Of a stretch of DNA of 64,000 nucleotides, positions 46,185-53,365 are shown piece by piece (the stretch's first letter is position 1; each line of letters starts with the position of its first letter). The notes beneath the pieces were generated by a model. It was not told the origin of the DNA, ran no database searches, and worked only from the letters and a program-made list of their open reading frames with translations. Source of the stretch: a virus; the UHGV virus genome UHGV-0299153. One strand, 5' to 3'. Both the position numbers and the translations under genes were made by a program.

Positions 46185-46535
46185 TCAGTAGATGTTTTGT
46201 TTAATCTCTATTCCAAACTTCTTGAATGAGTCAGCAGCAAGCATAAATTTACGAGCTGCCGATGGATTAGAAGTATGCACGAAAATAATCACGTTGTCAA
46301 TAAGTGGTGGCTTTCCGAATACAAGTTTCTCCTCTAGCGCAGAGAAGCAGTCGTACCCTTCAAGCACTTCACCTAGGTCATTGTCAAAATACCACTCAGA
46401 TACGCGTCTGTAGAGCTTTCTCTTATCATTAAGAAAATCCATAAACTCAGAAGAATTCTTTAGCCACAGAGCGTCTGGGAGTCCATAATCTGACGGATCT
46501 CTAAAATCATCAAGCCACACAATCCACTTCTTCAT
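46185..46535 (-). CDS. hypothetical protein (116 aa), possible receiver-like fold
   Basis: ORF track; KWIVWLDDFRDP N-terminus; 4-nt overlap with RNA ligase gene. Confidence 0.45.
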   Translation of the reverse strand: MKKWIVWLDDFRDPSDYGLPDALWLKNSSEFMDFLNDKRKLYRRVSEWYFDNDLGEVLEGYDCFSALEEKLVFGKPPLIDNVIIFVHTSNPSAARKFMLAADSFKKFGIEIKQNIY

Positions 46536-47467
46536 TGCATATAGTCCTCGTTGTGGAAATAGTAGTCCAGTATCTCACGACGCTCCTGCTCTAATAAGCA
46601 ATTCCACACATCTTCTGTACAGTTGCTACGAATAAATTTTACCATACCGTAAAACTCTTCGTCAACACGTTTAAAGATATCATCATCCCAAATCTTCCAA
46701 GCTTTACCCCTCATTACGGCCTTCCGTGCCAGATAGTATGGAGACTTGATCTTCAGCTGCAGATCATAAGGGTAGTAAGGCTTACGAATCATATACCCTT
46801 CACCTCTTGTTTCTGCAGCTAATTCTTTTGCATAGCTGAACGGAATTTCACGCACAGTGTGAGGACGTTTTGCACCAAGGTATTTGGCAATCCCATCTAA
46901 AGCTGCTTCTGGTAGCATTATTCCAGAATCATTATATCTGCAACCTATCAAATATGCGCCATGATCTTCCTGAACAATATGCGGATCTGAAGGGTGGCAA
47001 ATTTCAAACATGAATGTCATGTTTTCATTGCCCATAACCTTCTTGATAAGATCTAAATTACCACATTGCTCCCTGATGGTTTCTTTTGCGAGGTTACAAT
47101 ATGGGGAATCAAGAGACCCGGTTGTTGAGAACAATAGTTCACCTTTATGAGATGATACCACACCGAGGAATCCGTTCTTTTTCTCTACCGCAGTAACAAG
47201 TTTACTGTCCGGTAGGTTGGTGGAGTTTTCTCCTAAGTTGAATACTTTTGTGAAAGGCCATGCCACAACATTCCCCTCATTGCCAACAACAATACCTCGG
47301 CACTCCAGTAAACGCGGAGACAAATGCCACAGATTGTTGTAGAATACTTTTCTGGCATATTTATAGATCTTTAATCCAAGATCTGGATAATACCGACTGG
47401 TTACAAGACCTTTGTCTACTAGGTCATCTGCATTAAAATACTTCATCATACGTTCCTCATTTGTCAT
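46532..47467 (-). CDS. RNA ligase (nucleotidyltransferase superfamily; putative)
   Basis: Candidate motif I EKKNGF (KxNG), motif IV FMFEICHP, motif V LQLKIKSPYY; adjacent to kinase/phosphoesterase pair. Confidence 0.5.
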   Translation of the reverse strand: MTNEERMMKYFNADDLVDKGLVTSRYYPDLGLKIYKYARKVFYNNLWHLSPRLLECRGIVVGNEGNVVAWPFTKVFNLGENSTNLPDSKLVTAVEKKNGFLGVVSSHKGELLFSTTGSLDSPYCNLAKETIREQCGNLDLIKKVMGNENMTFMFEICHPSDPHIVQEDHGAYLIGCRYNDSGIMLPEAALDGIAKYLGAKRPHTVREIPFSYAKELAAETRGEGYMIRKPYYPYDLQLKIKSPYYLARKAVMRGKAWKIWDDDIFKRVDEEFYGMVKFIRSNCTEDVWNCLLEQERREILDYYFHNEDYMQ

Positions 47468-47510
47468 TTTGTCAGTCTATCCTGACACACAAATAACCTA
47501 GTGTCAACAC

Positions 47511-47539
47511 TTGAAATTAACAAAACAGTTAGGTATACT
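47511..47539 (+). promoter_or_regulatory. sigma70-like promoter at divergence point
   Basis: TTGAAA-17 bp-TATACT, 29 bp upstream of ATG 47568. Confidence 0.5.
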
Positions 47540-47567
47540 ATCATTAAAATTAAAACGGAGGATTGCT

Positions 47568-47978
47568 ATGTCTAAAATGCTATATATCGTGCGTGGTCTG
47601 CCAGGGTCTGGCAAATCAACACTGGCAAATGCGCTATCTTTAGAAGGTCTGTATCCACATTTTGAGAACGACATGTTCTGGTATGACGATGACGGCAATT
47701 ACAACTGGGATGCAAGTAAAGTAACACTCGCAGCAAAATGGTGCAAAGATAACGTAGAAGATATGATGCGTATGGGATACGACCGTATCGTGGTAAGCAA
47801 TACGTTTACAAAAGAAAAACATGTGCAGGAATATGTTGACATGGCAATCAGTCACGGGTATAGTTATACCGTGATCGTGGTTGAAAACCGCCACGGTAAT
47901 AAAAGCATTCATGATGTTCCAGACAAGGTTGTGGATCGTATGGAACGCCAGCTTAAAAACTGCATTAAACTTAAATGA
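47568..47978 (+). CDS. P-loop polynucleotide kinase-like protein
   Basis: N-terminal LYIVRGLPGSGKSTLANAL P-loop typical of polynucleotide-kinase (PNK)-type kinases; ACGGAGG SD. Confidence 0.55.
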   Translation: MSKMLYIVRGLPGSGKSTLANALSLEGLYPHFENDMFWYDDDGNYNWDASKVTLAAKWCKDNVEDMMRMGYDRIVVSNTFTKEKHVQEYVDMAISHGYSYTVIVVENRHGNKSIHDVPDKVVDRMERQLKNCIKLK

Positions 47979-47985
47979 GGAATGT

Positions 47986-48540
47986 ATGAAATACTTTGTA
48001 ACAAGCGATACACACTTTCTCCACCAGCGGGTCATGGAGTTTGATTCATGTCAAAAACACAGATCTCAGTATGATCACAATCTTGACAGTATGAATGCGG
48101 GAATCATCACCAAGTGGAACTCTGTTGTGTCACCTGCAGACACTGTGTTCCACTTGGGAGATATTGCATGCACTAATGATAAGAATATCAACAAATTGCT
48201 CCCAGATATTCTAAATATGTTGAACGGACATATTATTCTTGTTCGTGGCAACCATGACACAAGGACGACTGTCAAAATTATGAAAGAGTTCGGTCATGAG
48301 GTTGTAGATTATTACGAGCTTCGCCACAACAAGAATTTGATCTGTATGAGCCATTACCAGTTTGCAAAGTGGAACAGAAAGCCTCACGGATCAGTCCAAC
48401 TGTTCGGTCATGCTCACGGAACCACACAACAGTTGTTTGGCAGGCAGCTTGATGTCGGTTGGGATGTGTGGGGGAGACTCTTACCATTAGAAGAGGCATA
48501 CCGTATTGCAATGAGTTTTGATATTGACAGCAGGGAGTAA
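47986..48540 (+). CDS. calcineurin-like metallophosphoesterase
   Basis: TSDTHF (DxH), LGDIA (GD), VRGNHD (GNHD/E), GHAH blocks. Confidence 0.75.
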   Translation: MKYFVTSDTHFLHQRVMEFDSCQKHRSQYDHNLDSMNAGIITKWNSVVSPADTVFHLGDIACTNDKNINKLLPDILNMLNGHIILVRGNHDTRTTVKIMKEFGHEVVDYYELRHNKNLICMSHYQFAKWNRKPHGSVQLFGHAHGTTQQLFGRQLDVGWDVWGRLLPLEEAYRIAMSFDIDSRE

Positions 48541-48587
48541 TCCCTGCTATTTTAAAGAAAATTGCCACACAAGGAGAATCAGGAGAT

Positions 48588-48938
48588 ATGAAAGATGGGG
48601 ATAAGCTGCTATATCTTAAAGTCCCCCTTGAAATACTGTCTATGTCAAAAGTTTTGAATGACACAACTGGGGAGGTTGTTGTTCTTGACTTGTATGACAA
48701 GATCGTATACTGCTACCTGCACAACTGGTATAAGCTTGGAGGAAATTCACGCTTCACACCAAGCACAAGGAAAATTGCAGCAGATATTGGGATAAAGAAA
48801 ACAAAAGCAGCAGCGTGCGTTAAAACTTTAGAATGTGCAGGAGTGGTTGAAACATCCACACAAGGGAGAGGTAAAAGATGCACATTTTCCAAAGTTTTGC
48901 CACCAGAAGAAGTTATTCGAATGTCAACAACTGGTTAG
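48588..48938 (+). CDS. hypothetical protein, possible DNA-binding (116 aa)
   Basis: ORF track; AGGAGAA SD; TRKIAADIGIKKTKAAACVKTL resembles an HTH; lies upstream of iteron array. Confidence 0.5.
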   Translation: MKDGDKLLYLKVPLEILSMSKVLNDTTGEVVVLDLYDKIVYCYLHNWYKLGGNSRFTPSTRKIAADIGIKKTKAAACVKTLECAGVVETSTQGRGKRCTFSKVLPPEEVIRMSTTG

Positions 48939-49013
48939 ACCAGCAAAAACTTAAATATCTGTACTATAAGGATTTGTATGTTTTATGTTCACCACGGAAC
49001 AGAAACTATTAAC

Positions 49014-49073
49014 TGTCCGTCACGCGGACACATCTGCCCGTAATACGGACACTAACTGTCCGTGATACGGACA
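49014..49073. repeat. Iteron array: alternating TGTCCGT / ACGGACA half-sites (5 copies)
   Basis: TGTCCGT 49014 and 49057; (A)CGGACA 49025, 49045, 49067; followed by 130-bp AT-rich block with palindromes AGTAC-N5-GTACT. Confidence 0.7.
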
Positions 49074-49577
49074 CATAAAGAATATAACTAAAATAACTAA
49101 ATAATAAAAATAAAAGATCTAGTACTTATGGTACTAAGTACATATACTTAACTTATGTAGAATATATTAGATCCTAAGTACCATGTTTTTAAATTTATTA
49201 CTTACTATGGGTAGTGTCGGCCCTTCATTGGCACTCGCCTACGAGGGGCGAGATGCCGGGCCTCCCTAGTGCACACAATAACAGAGGTGCATACATGCAG
49301 GTCTGTTAACATGTGTGGGAGCGAAGCGATAGCGCAGGCCAAAGGCCGAGCACTAATGTGGGCCACCGACGAAAGCTTGCCAGCGCCGTAAGGAGTCGGT
49401 TGAGAGCCTCCCGCGCGAGTTTGGATAAAGTTTATGTGTGGAAACGGATAATGAGGCCCCTAAATCACTCAACAGCTATATAAACCATACCAAGTAATGC
49501 AATCGCACCAGTTTGATAGAAAAGCTCGTTACAAAGCGATACAGTGAGTTTTTCTATAACTTGAAGAGGAGGCAGCT

Positions 49578-50156
49578 ATGAGTTCACGCAAAGATGACCG
49601 TGAAAAGATTGCAAAACGTTATCAGAATGAAGAACAGATGGAGAAAACTTTCAAGTGGAAGCCAGGTTTCCAGCGTAATCATTCTAACGCTCGTGATCGT
49701 AAGCATCCAGATAAGTGGCTAACACCGCCAAATGATGGCATGCAGGCTGGTGATGAGAAGGAGCTGTCACCTGGAAAAGATGGCAACTATATCCGCACTA
49801 AGGAAGCGAGTCCAAAGGATGATAGCTATCTTGTAGATAAGGTTCTTGATGGTATTGATGTAGATGTTGACACTGCACGAAACCTTTTTCTTGGTTGGTA
49901 TCGTACAGGGTTTTTCGACATCAAGGCTATTCGTCGTGTTTGTGATATTAAAAAGTCTGCCTATGATGATGACTCCCTACATCGCACTCTGAGACAATAC
50001 TCAGAGAGATACGGTCATCCAGTTATCACTCTTGACGATATTAACGAAGTGATGTATCATGCAGAGGTTGTTGCAGGTAGATTCGGTGATGCATATCTCG
50101 GTATTCTTTCTGCAAAAGATGAGGCAATGTTAAATAAAATTTACTATGAACGCTGA
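49578..50156 (+). CDS. hypothetical protein (192 aa)
   Basis: ORF track; GAGGAGG SD. Confidence 0.55.
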   Translation: MSSRKDDREKIAKRYQNEEQMEKTFKWKPGFQRNHSNARDRKHPDKWLTPPNDGMQAGDEKELSPGKDGNYIRTKEASPKDDSYLVDKVLDGIDVDVDTARNLFLGWYRTGFFDIKAIRRVCDIKKSAYDDDSLHRTLRQYSERYGHPVITLDDINEVMYHAEVVAGRFGDAYLGILSAKDEAMLNKIYYER

Positions 50157-50355
50157 GGAGCGCTTAATGAACAACCCGGTAGCAAAGAACTGTAATAAGT
50201 TCAACAAGTCTGCAATTCACACTGACAGGAAAAAGGGCTGGTCTCCTGACATTGACGAGGAGCTTGAGAGTTACTTTGAAGACCTGGTCACTAATGCAGA
50301 TGAGGTTGCGATTAAAGAATACGCAGACAGGAAGGATAAGGCCGGAATCTGTTGA
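50146..50355 (+). CDS. hypothetical protein (69 aa)
   Basis: ORF track; overlaps upstream gene end. Confidence 0.45.
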   Translation: MNAEERLMNNPVAKNCNKFNKSAIHTDRKKGWSPDIDEELESYFEDLVTNADEVAIKEYADRKDKAGIC

Positions 50356-50431
50356 CAAAAATAGTGTTACCTGATAAGATCTGCAATATGATGTGATGCA
50401 ATTTTAACTTACGAGGTCTACAGGTAATGCT

Positions 50432-50674
50432 ATGTTTAAGGTTAAGCTCGTTTTTCGTTCCATGAATGAGGATTATTTAGAAGATGAAGGTGAATTTCGT
50501 GCACTGGATGATGCAATAGATTTTGCCAACGACCTAGCTTGTATGAATACAGGTTATGGGCTATGCTGTTGGGATGGTGGTGTTCAGATCGGTGATAGCA
50601 AGATCTTCTACTTCTACCCTGAGCCTGATAACAAACAAATTAAGTATGTTTTATTTATTTGCGCTTTACAATGA
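50432..50674 (+). CDS. hypothetical protein (80 aa)
   Basis: ORF track. Confidence 0.5.
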   Translation: MFKVKLVFRSMNEDYLEDEGEFRALDDAIDFANDLACMNTGYGLCCWDGGVQIGDSKIFYFYPEPDNKQIKYVLFICALQ

Positions 50675-50739
50675 GGTTGTTTTCGTGTATCATGATGAAT
50701 ATCCAATTTAAAGATGAATTTGATGGCTTTATCTCCGGA

Positions 50740-50950
50740 TGCTTTGAAACAGGGTTCGGAGAAGACTGAGTTCCCCTTAGAGGGCTTGATAGTGCACCAC
50801 ACTTAAAATGGTAGGGGCAGCCAGCACATGACGATGTGACCCCAGCCAACCTGTAATAAGGTCGAGCCTGAGCGCGGTAATGGGTATAGCTGGAAAACCC
50901 ACTTGCTGGTCCAGGACGCTGGACAAGTCGCAGGGAACACCACCCTGCGG
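50740..50950 (+). ncRNA. candidate structured non-coding RNA (GC-rich, ORF-free island)
   Basis: GC-rich block in AT-rich context; hairpins CACAT-GACG-ATGTG (50825-50838) and GTCCAG-GACG-CTGGAC (50909-50924); CAGGGT/ACCCTG closing pair; only an implausible antisense ORF. Confidence 0.3.
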
Positions 50951-50955
50951 CGAAC

Positions 50956-50984
50956 TTGACAATCAGTATTTGCTGTGATAAAAT
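50956..50984 (+). promoter_or_regulatory. sigma70-like promoter
   Basis: TTGACA-17 bp-TAAAAT, 28 bp upstream of ATG 51013 (SD GGAGGA). Confidence 0.55.
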
Positions 50985-51012
50985 CCACCTATCACGTGAT
51001 AATGGAGGAAAC

Positions 51013-51351
51013 ATGGCGGATACAACTAAAAAGCGTCGCCGTAGAGGCAGACCTCTGAAAGAGGAGTCTAACGCCATTCAGCTAGAGAAGAACATCCTTG
51101 ATATGAAGGAATCTTTTATAGCGATGGTTCCAGAAGCTCACAAAGTTTTAAGAGAGCTGATGTTGGACCCGAAAACCAAACAAAATATTCGTCAAAGCAT
51201 TGCAGAGTATGTTCTTGATAAGGCAGACCGAATGCAGGAAGAATATGATGAGATGTTTGGTGAAGAGGAAGAGGTGGTAGTGGAAGAGGCTGAAAAACCA
51301 GCACCTTTTATGCCATTTACTACAGAAATACAGCCTGTTAGCAATAGCTAA
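51013..51351 (+). CDS. hypothetical DNA-binding protein (basic N-terminus KKRRRRGRP); possible terminase small subunit
   Basis: Internal ATG of ORF 50956-51351; strong promoter and SD; upstream of tRNAs and terminase large subunit. Confidence 0.5.
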   Translation: MADTTKKRRRRGRPLKEESNAIQLEKNILDMKESFIAMVPEAHKVLRELMLDPKTKQNIRQSIAEYVLDKADRMQEEYDEMFGEEEEVVVEEAEKPAPFMPFTTEIQPVSNS

Positions 51352-51447
51352 AATATTTTCTTGACAAACTTTGCTTAACAGTGTAATATTGTAAACATGG
51401 TCTCCCACCTTTTCTGGCGGCTAAGGTGTAAAAGAAAGCCACCCAGT

Positions 51448-51522
51448 GCCCTGTTAGCTTAGTGGATAAAGCAGCGGCCTTCTAAGCCGTTGACACTGGT
51501 TCGAGTCCAGTACGGGGTGCCA
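51448..51522 (+). tRNA. tRNA-Arg (anticodon TCT)
   Basis: Cloverleaf folded by hand: acceptor GCCCTGT/ACGGGGT, anticodon loop CTTCTAA, T-arm ACTGG-TTCGAGT-CCAGT, encoded CCA. Confidence 0.75.
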
Positions 51523-51526
51523 AATT

Positions 51527-51613
51527 GGGGAGTTATCCCGTAGAGGTAGCGGTGTAGACTGTAAATCTATTGTCATTGCGACTCGGGTGGTTCGACTCCA
51601 CCACTCCCCACCA
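51527..51613 (+). tRNA. tRNA-Tyr (anticodon GTA), type II
   Basis: Acceptor GGGGAGT/ACTCCCC, anticodon loop CTGTAAA, long variable arm, T-arm GGTGG-TTCGACT-CCACC, encoded CCA. Confidence 0.8.
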
Positions 51614-51728
51614 AATTTATATTTTTTAGATGCATAAATAATACAGATAATGGCATTGATATTTATCGTCGTTTATACTAGTCACTAACTGCTCGAAAAT
51701 CAGTGTCATTATCAGTATAATTTATAAA

Positions 51729-51819
51729 GGAGGGTAGGGAGCAATGGTGCTCAAGCGGTCTTGAAAACCGTCCCGTTGAGGATGACTCGATGATGGTTCG
51801 ATTCCATTACTCTCCGCCA
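51729..51819 (+). tRNA. tRNA-Ser (anticodon TGA), type II
   Basis: Acceptor GGAGGGT/ACTCTCC, anticodon loop CTTGAAA, long variable arm, encoded CCA. Confidence 0.75.
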
Positions 51820-51917
51820 CATTGTTGACCTTGTAATTAAGCGAAAGCCGGAAGCAGAACCGGATTATCAAATGTTACAGTCGTCATCGCCGACTAGCAA
51901 CATGGTCAACATATTGA

Positions 51918-52014
51918 GCTAGGTAAGCCCTTTGGCAAGGGCGAGGATTTTTAATCCTGAAAATAGACGAGGTAGTCGTTGAATACATAGGTGGTTCGAT
52001 TCCACCGCCTAGCA
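51918..52014 (+). tRNA. atypical tRNA-like gene (anticodon loop TTTTTAA, apparent UUU; about 30-nt variable region)
   Basis: Acceptor GCTAGGT/GCCTAGC, D-arm GCCC-TTTGGCAA-GGGC, T-arm GGTGG-TTCGATT-CCACC; only a 4-bp anticodon stem; no encoded CCA. Confidence 0.45.
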
Positions 52015-52021
52015 CCTTTTT

Positions 52022-52097
52022 GCTGATGTAGCACAATTGGTAGTGCAATTGATTTGTAATCAATAGGTTGCGGGTTCAAGTCCTGCCATCAGCACCA
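52022..52097 (+). tRNA. tRNA-Thr (anticodon TGT)
   Basis: Acceptor GCTGATG/CATCAGC, anticodon arm ATTGA-TTTGTAA-TCAAT, encoded CCA. Confidence 0.75.
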
Positions 52098-52098
52098 T

Positions 52099-52173
52099 GG
52101 CCCTGTAGCTGGAAGGTTCAAGCAAGCGACTCATAATCGCCAGACGGTGGTTCAATTCCACCCAGGGCCACCA
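52099..52173 (+). tRNA. tRNA-Met (anticodon CAT; could be an Ile-lysidine type)
   Basis: Acceptor GGCCCTG/CAGGGCC, anticodon loop CTCATAA, T-arm GGTGG-TTCAATT-CCACC, encoded CCA. Confidence 0.75.
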
Positions 52174-52184
52174 AATAGTAGATA

Positions 52185-52261
52185 CTCCGCGTAGCTCAGC
52201 TTGGTAGAGCGCCTGATTTGGGATCAGGAGGTCGAGTGTTCGAATCACTCCGTGGAGACCA
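52185..52261 (+). tRNA. tRNA-Pro (anticodon TGG)
   Basis: Acceptor CTCCGCG/CGTGGAG (one GU), anticodon arm CCTGA-TTTGGGA-TCAGG, T-arm GAGTG-TTCGAAT-CACTC, encoded CCA. Confidence 0.75.
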
Positions 52262-52307
52262 CTTTCAGTTATACTTTAAACATATACAAACAAAAGGAAC
52301 CTTTAAA

Positions 52308-52577
52308 ATGTATACACTTAAAATTGTAGAGCGTGTAAATCCAACCCATACCGTAGATTTTCGTGACGATTTCAATCCTCTGGCTGTAAATCTTCGAGAG
52401 TCATATCATGAACTCAGCTGCGATGCAGTGGTGGTCTTTTTTGAAGACAACTCTGAAGGGGCGGTAGCTTGTGTTGTTGATAGTGAGCAGAAGTTTTATA
52501 TTTACAGAGATGTAGATGCATACTTGATGAATGAAAATGCAGTTACTGTTAGAATCATCCACCGAGTGCCTCGATAA
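52308..52577 (+). CDS. hypothetical protein (89 aa)
   Basis: Internal ATG of ORF 52218-52577 with AAGGAA SD; the longer ORF would overlap tRNA-Pro. Confidence 0.5.
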   Translation: MYTLKIVERVNPTHTVDFRDDFNPLAVNLRESYHELSCDAVVVFFEDNSEGAVACVVDSEQKFYIYRDVDAYLMNENAVTVRIIHRVPR

Positions 52578-52682
52578 GTATTAGTCTCCTTTTAGTTAGT
52601 TTCGATCTATTTAGGTTACTCAATTTTAACCCGCCCCGTTAGCTGTATAGCTGCGGGGTTTTTTCGTTTCTGGAGCCTTAAA

Positions 52683-53081
52683 ATGATTTCAGGTTTAACA
52701 TGGCTGAGTAGGTATAGAGGGATCATAAAAGGTTTAGTTTTTGCAGCGGCTATAGGTGCAGCTTATCTTGGGGCCGTGTATTGGTTTAACTCTAAGCTTA
52801 ATGATGCCTACCAAGAGGGTGTGTCAGCAACAGAGTTAAAGTGGGAACGGATCCTTGATCAGCAACAAAAGCAGGCCGACAAAATTAAAATGGGCCACGC
52901 AGAGGAGGTTAAAAACCTTGAAAAATCTCTTTCTGATTTGCAGGATAAATTAAATATAGCTGAGAGGGCAGGTAGAGAAAAGCAGATTATCTACCTCCAA
53001 TCACCTGAAGGTAAGAAGTCAACACTTCCTGATCAGCTTATAGATATTTATAATGAGAGTATCAATCAGGAGGATCGATGA
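52683..53081 (+). CDS. i-spanin (Rz-like)
   Basis: N-terminal TM helix GLVFAAAIGAAYLGAVYWF then charged coiled-coil periplasmic domain; directly followed by lipoprotein gene. Confidence 0.6.
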   Translation: MISGLTWLSRYRGIIKGLVFAAAIGAAYLGAVYWFNSKLNDAYQEGVSATELKWERILDQQQKQADKIKMGHAEEVKNLEKSLSDLQDKLNIAERAGREKQIIYLQSPEGKKSTLPDQLIDIYNESINQEDR

Positions 53082-53365
53082 GAGTTGCTACACTGTTTAT
53101 TGCGTGCTTGTTATTATGTGGGTGTGCAACCAGTGTTGAGAAAGAATACAAGATTGACCCTCCAGATGTAGGAAGGTTGATTGTTAAACCCCCAGAAGGT
53201 GCCATGAAACCACCTGCTAAAGCTATGCCTTTGAAGAAAGGTGCGCCAGATGCAGTGAACTCTGGCATTATGAGGGATAATAATCTGTCTTGTAGCAATG
53301 ATAGAGCTAAATTGATCATTTTGCAAGACTATATTAGAACACTGTTTCCAAAGGAGAGAGGTTAA
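53078..53365 (+). CDS. o-spanin (Rz1-like outer-membrane lipoprotein)
   Basis: Signal peptide with lipobox-like LLLCGC, proline-rich mature region; 95 aa. Confidence 0.6.
   Translation: MRVATLFIACLLLCGCATSVEKEYKIDPPDVGRLIVKPPEGAMKPPAKAMPLKKGAPDAVNSGIMRDNNLSCSNDRAKLIILQDYIRTLFPKERG

Noticed and set aside
47511-47567. Longer N-terminal extension of the kinase ORF (start at 47511)
   Set aside because: The extension overlaps the promoter -35/-10 boxes; the ATG at 47568 has a proper SD.
49014-49073. Possible CRISPR array
   Set aside because: Repeats are 7-bp half-sites in alternating orientation with irregular 3-14 bp spacing, not 25-40 bp direct repeats with unique spacers; no cas genes in the window.
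50655-51077. 140-aa minus-strand ORF across the GC-rich island
   Set aside because: Crosses a strong plus-strand promoter and the start of gene 51013; Arg/Ser/Pro-rich; more likely the antisense of a structured RNA.
52218-52307. Longer version of ORF 52308-52577 starting at 52218
   Set aside because: Would overlap tRNA-Pro (52185-52261); the internal ATG at 52308 has an AAGGAA SD.
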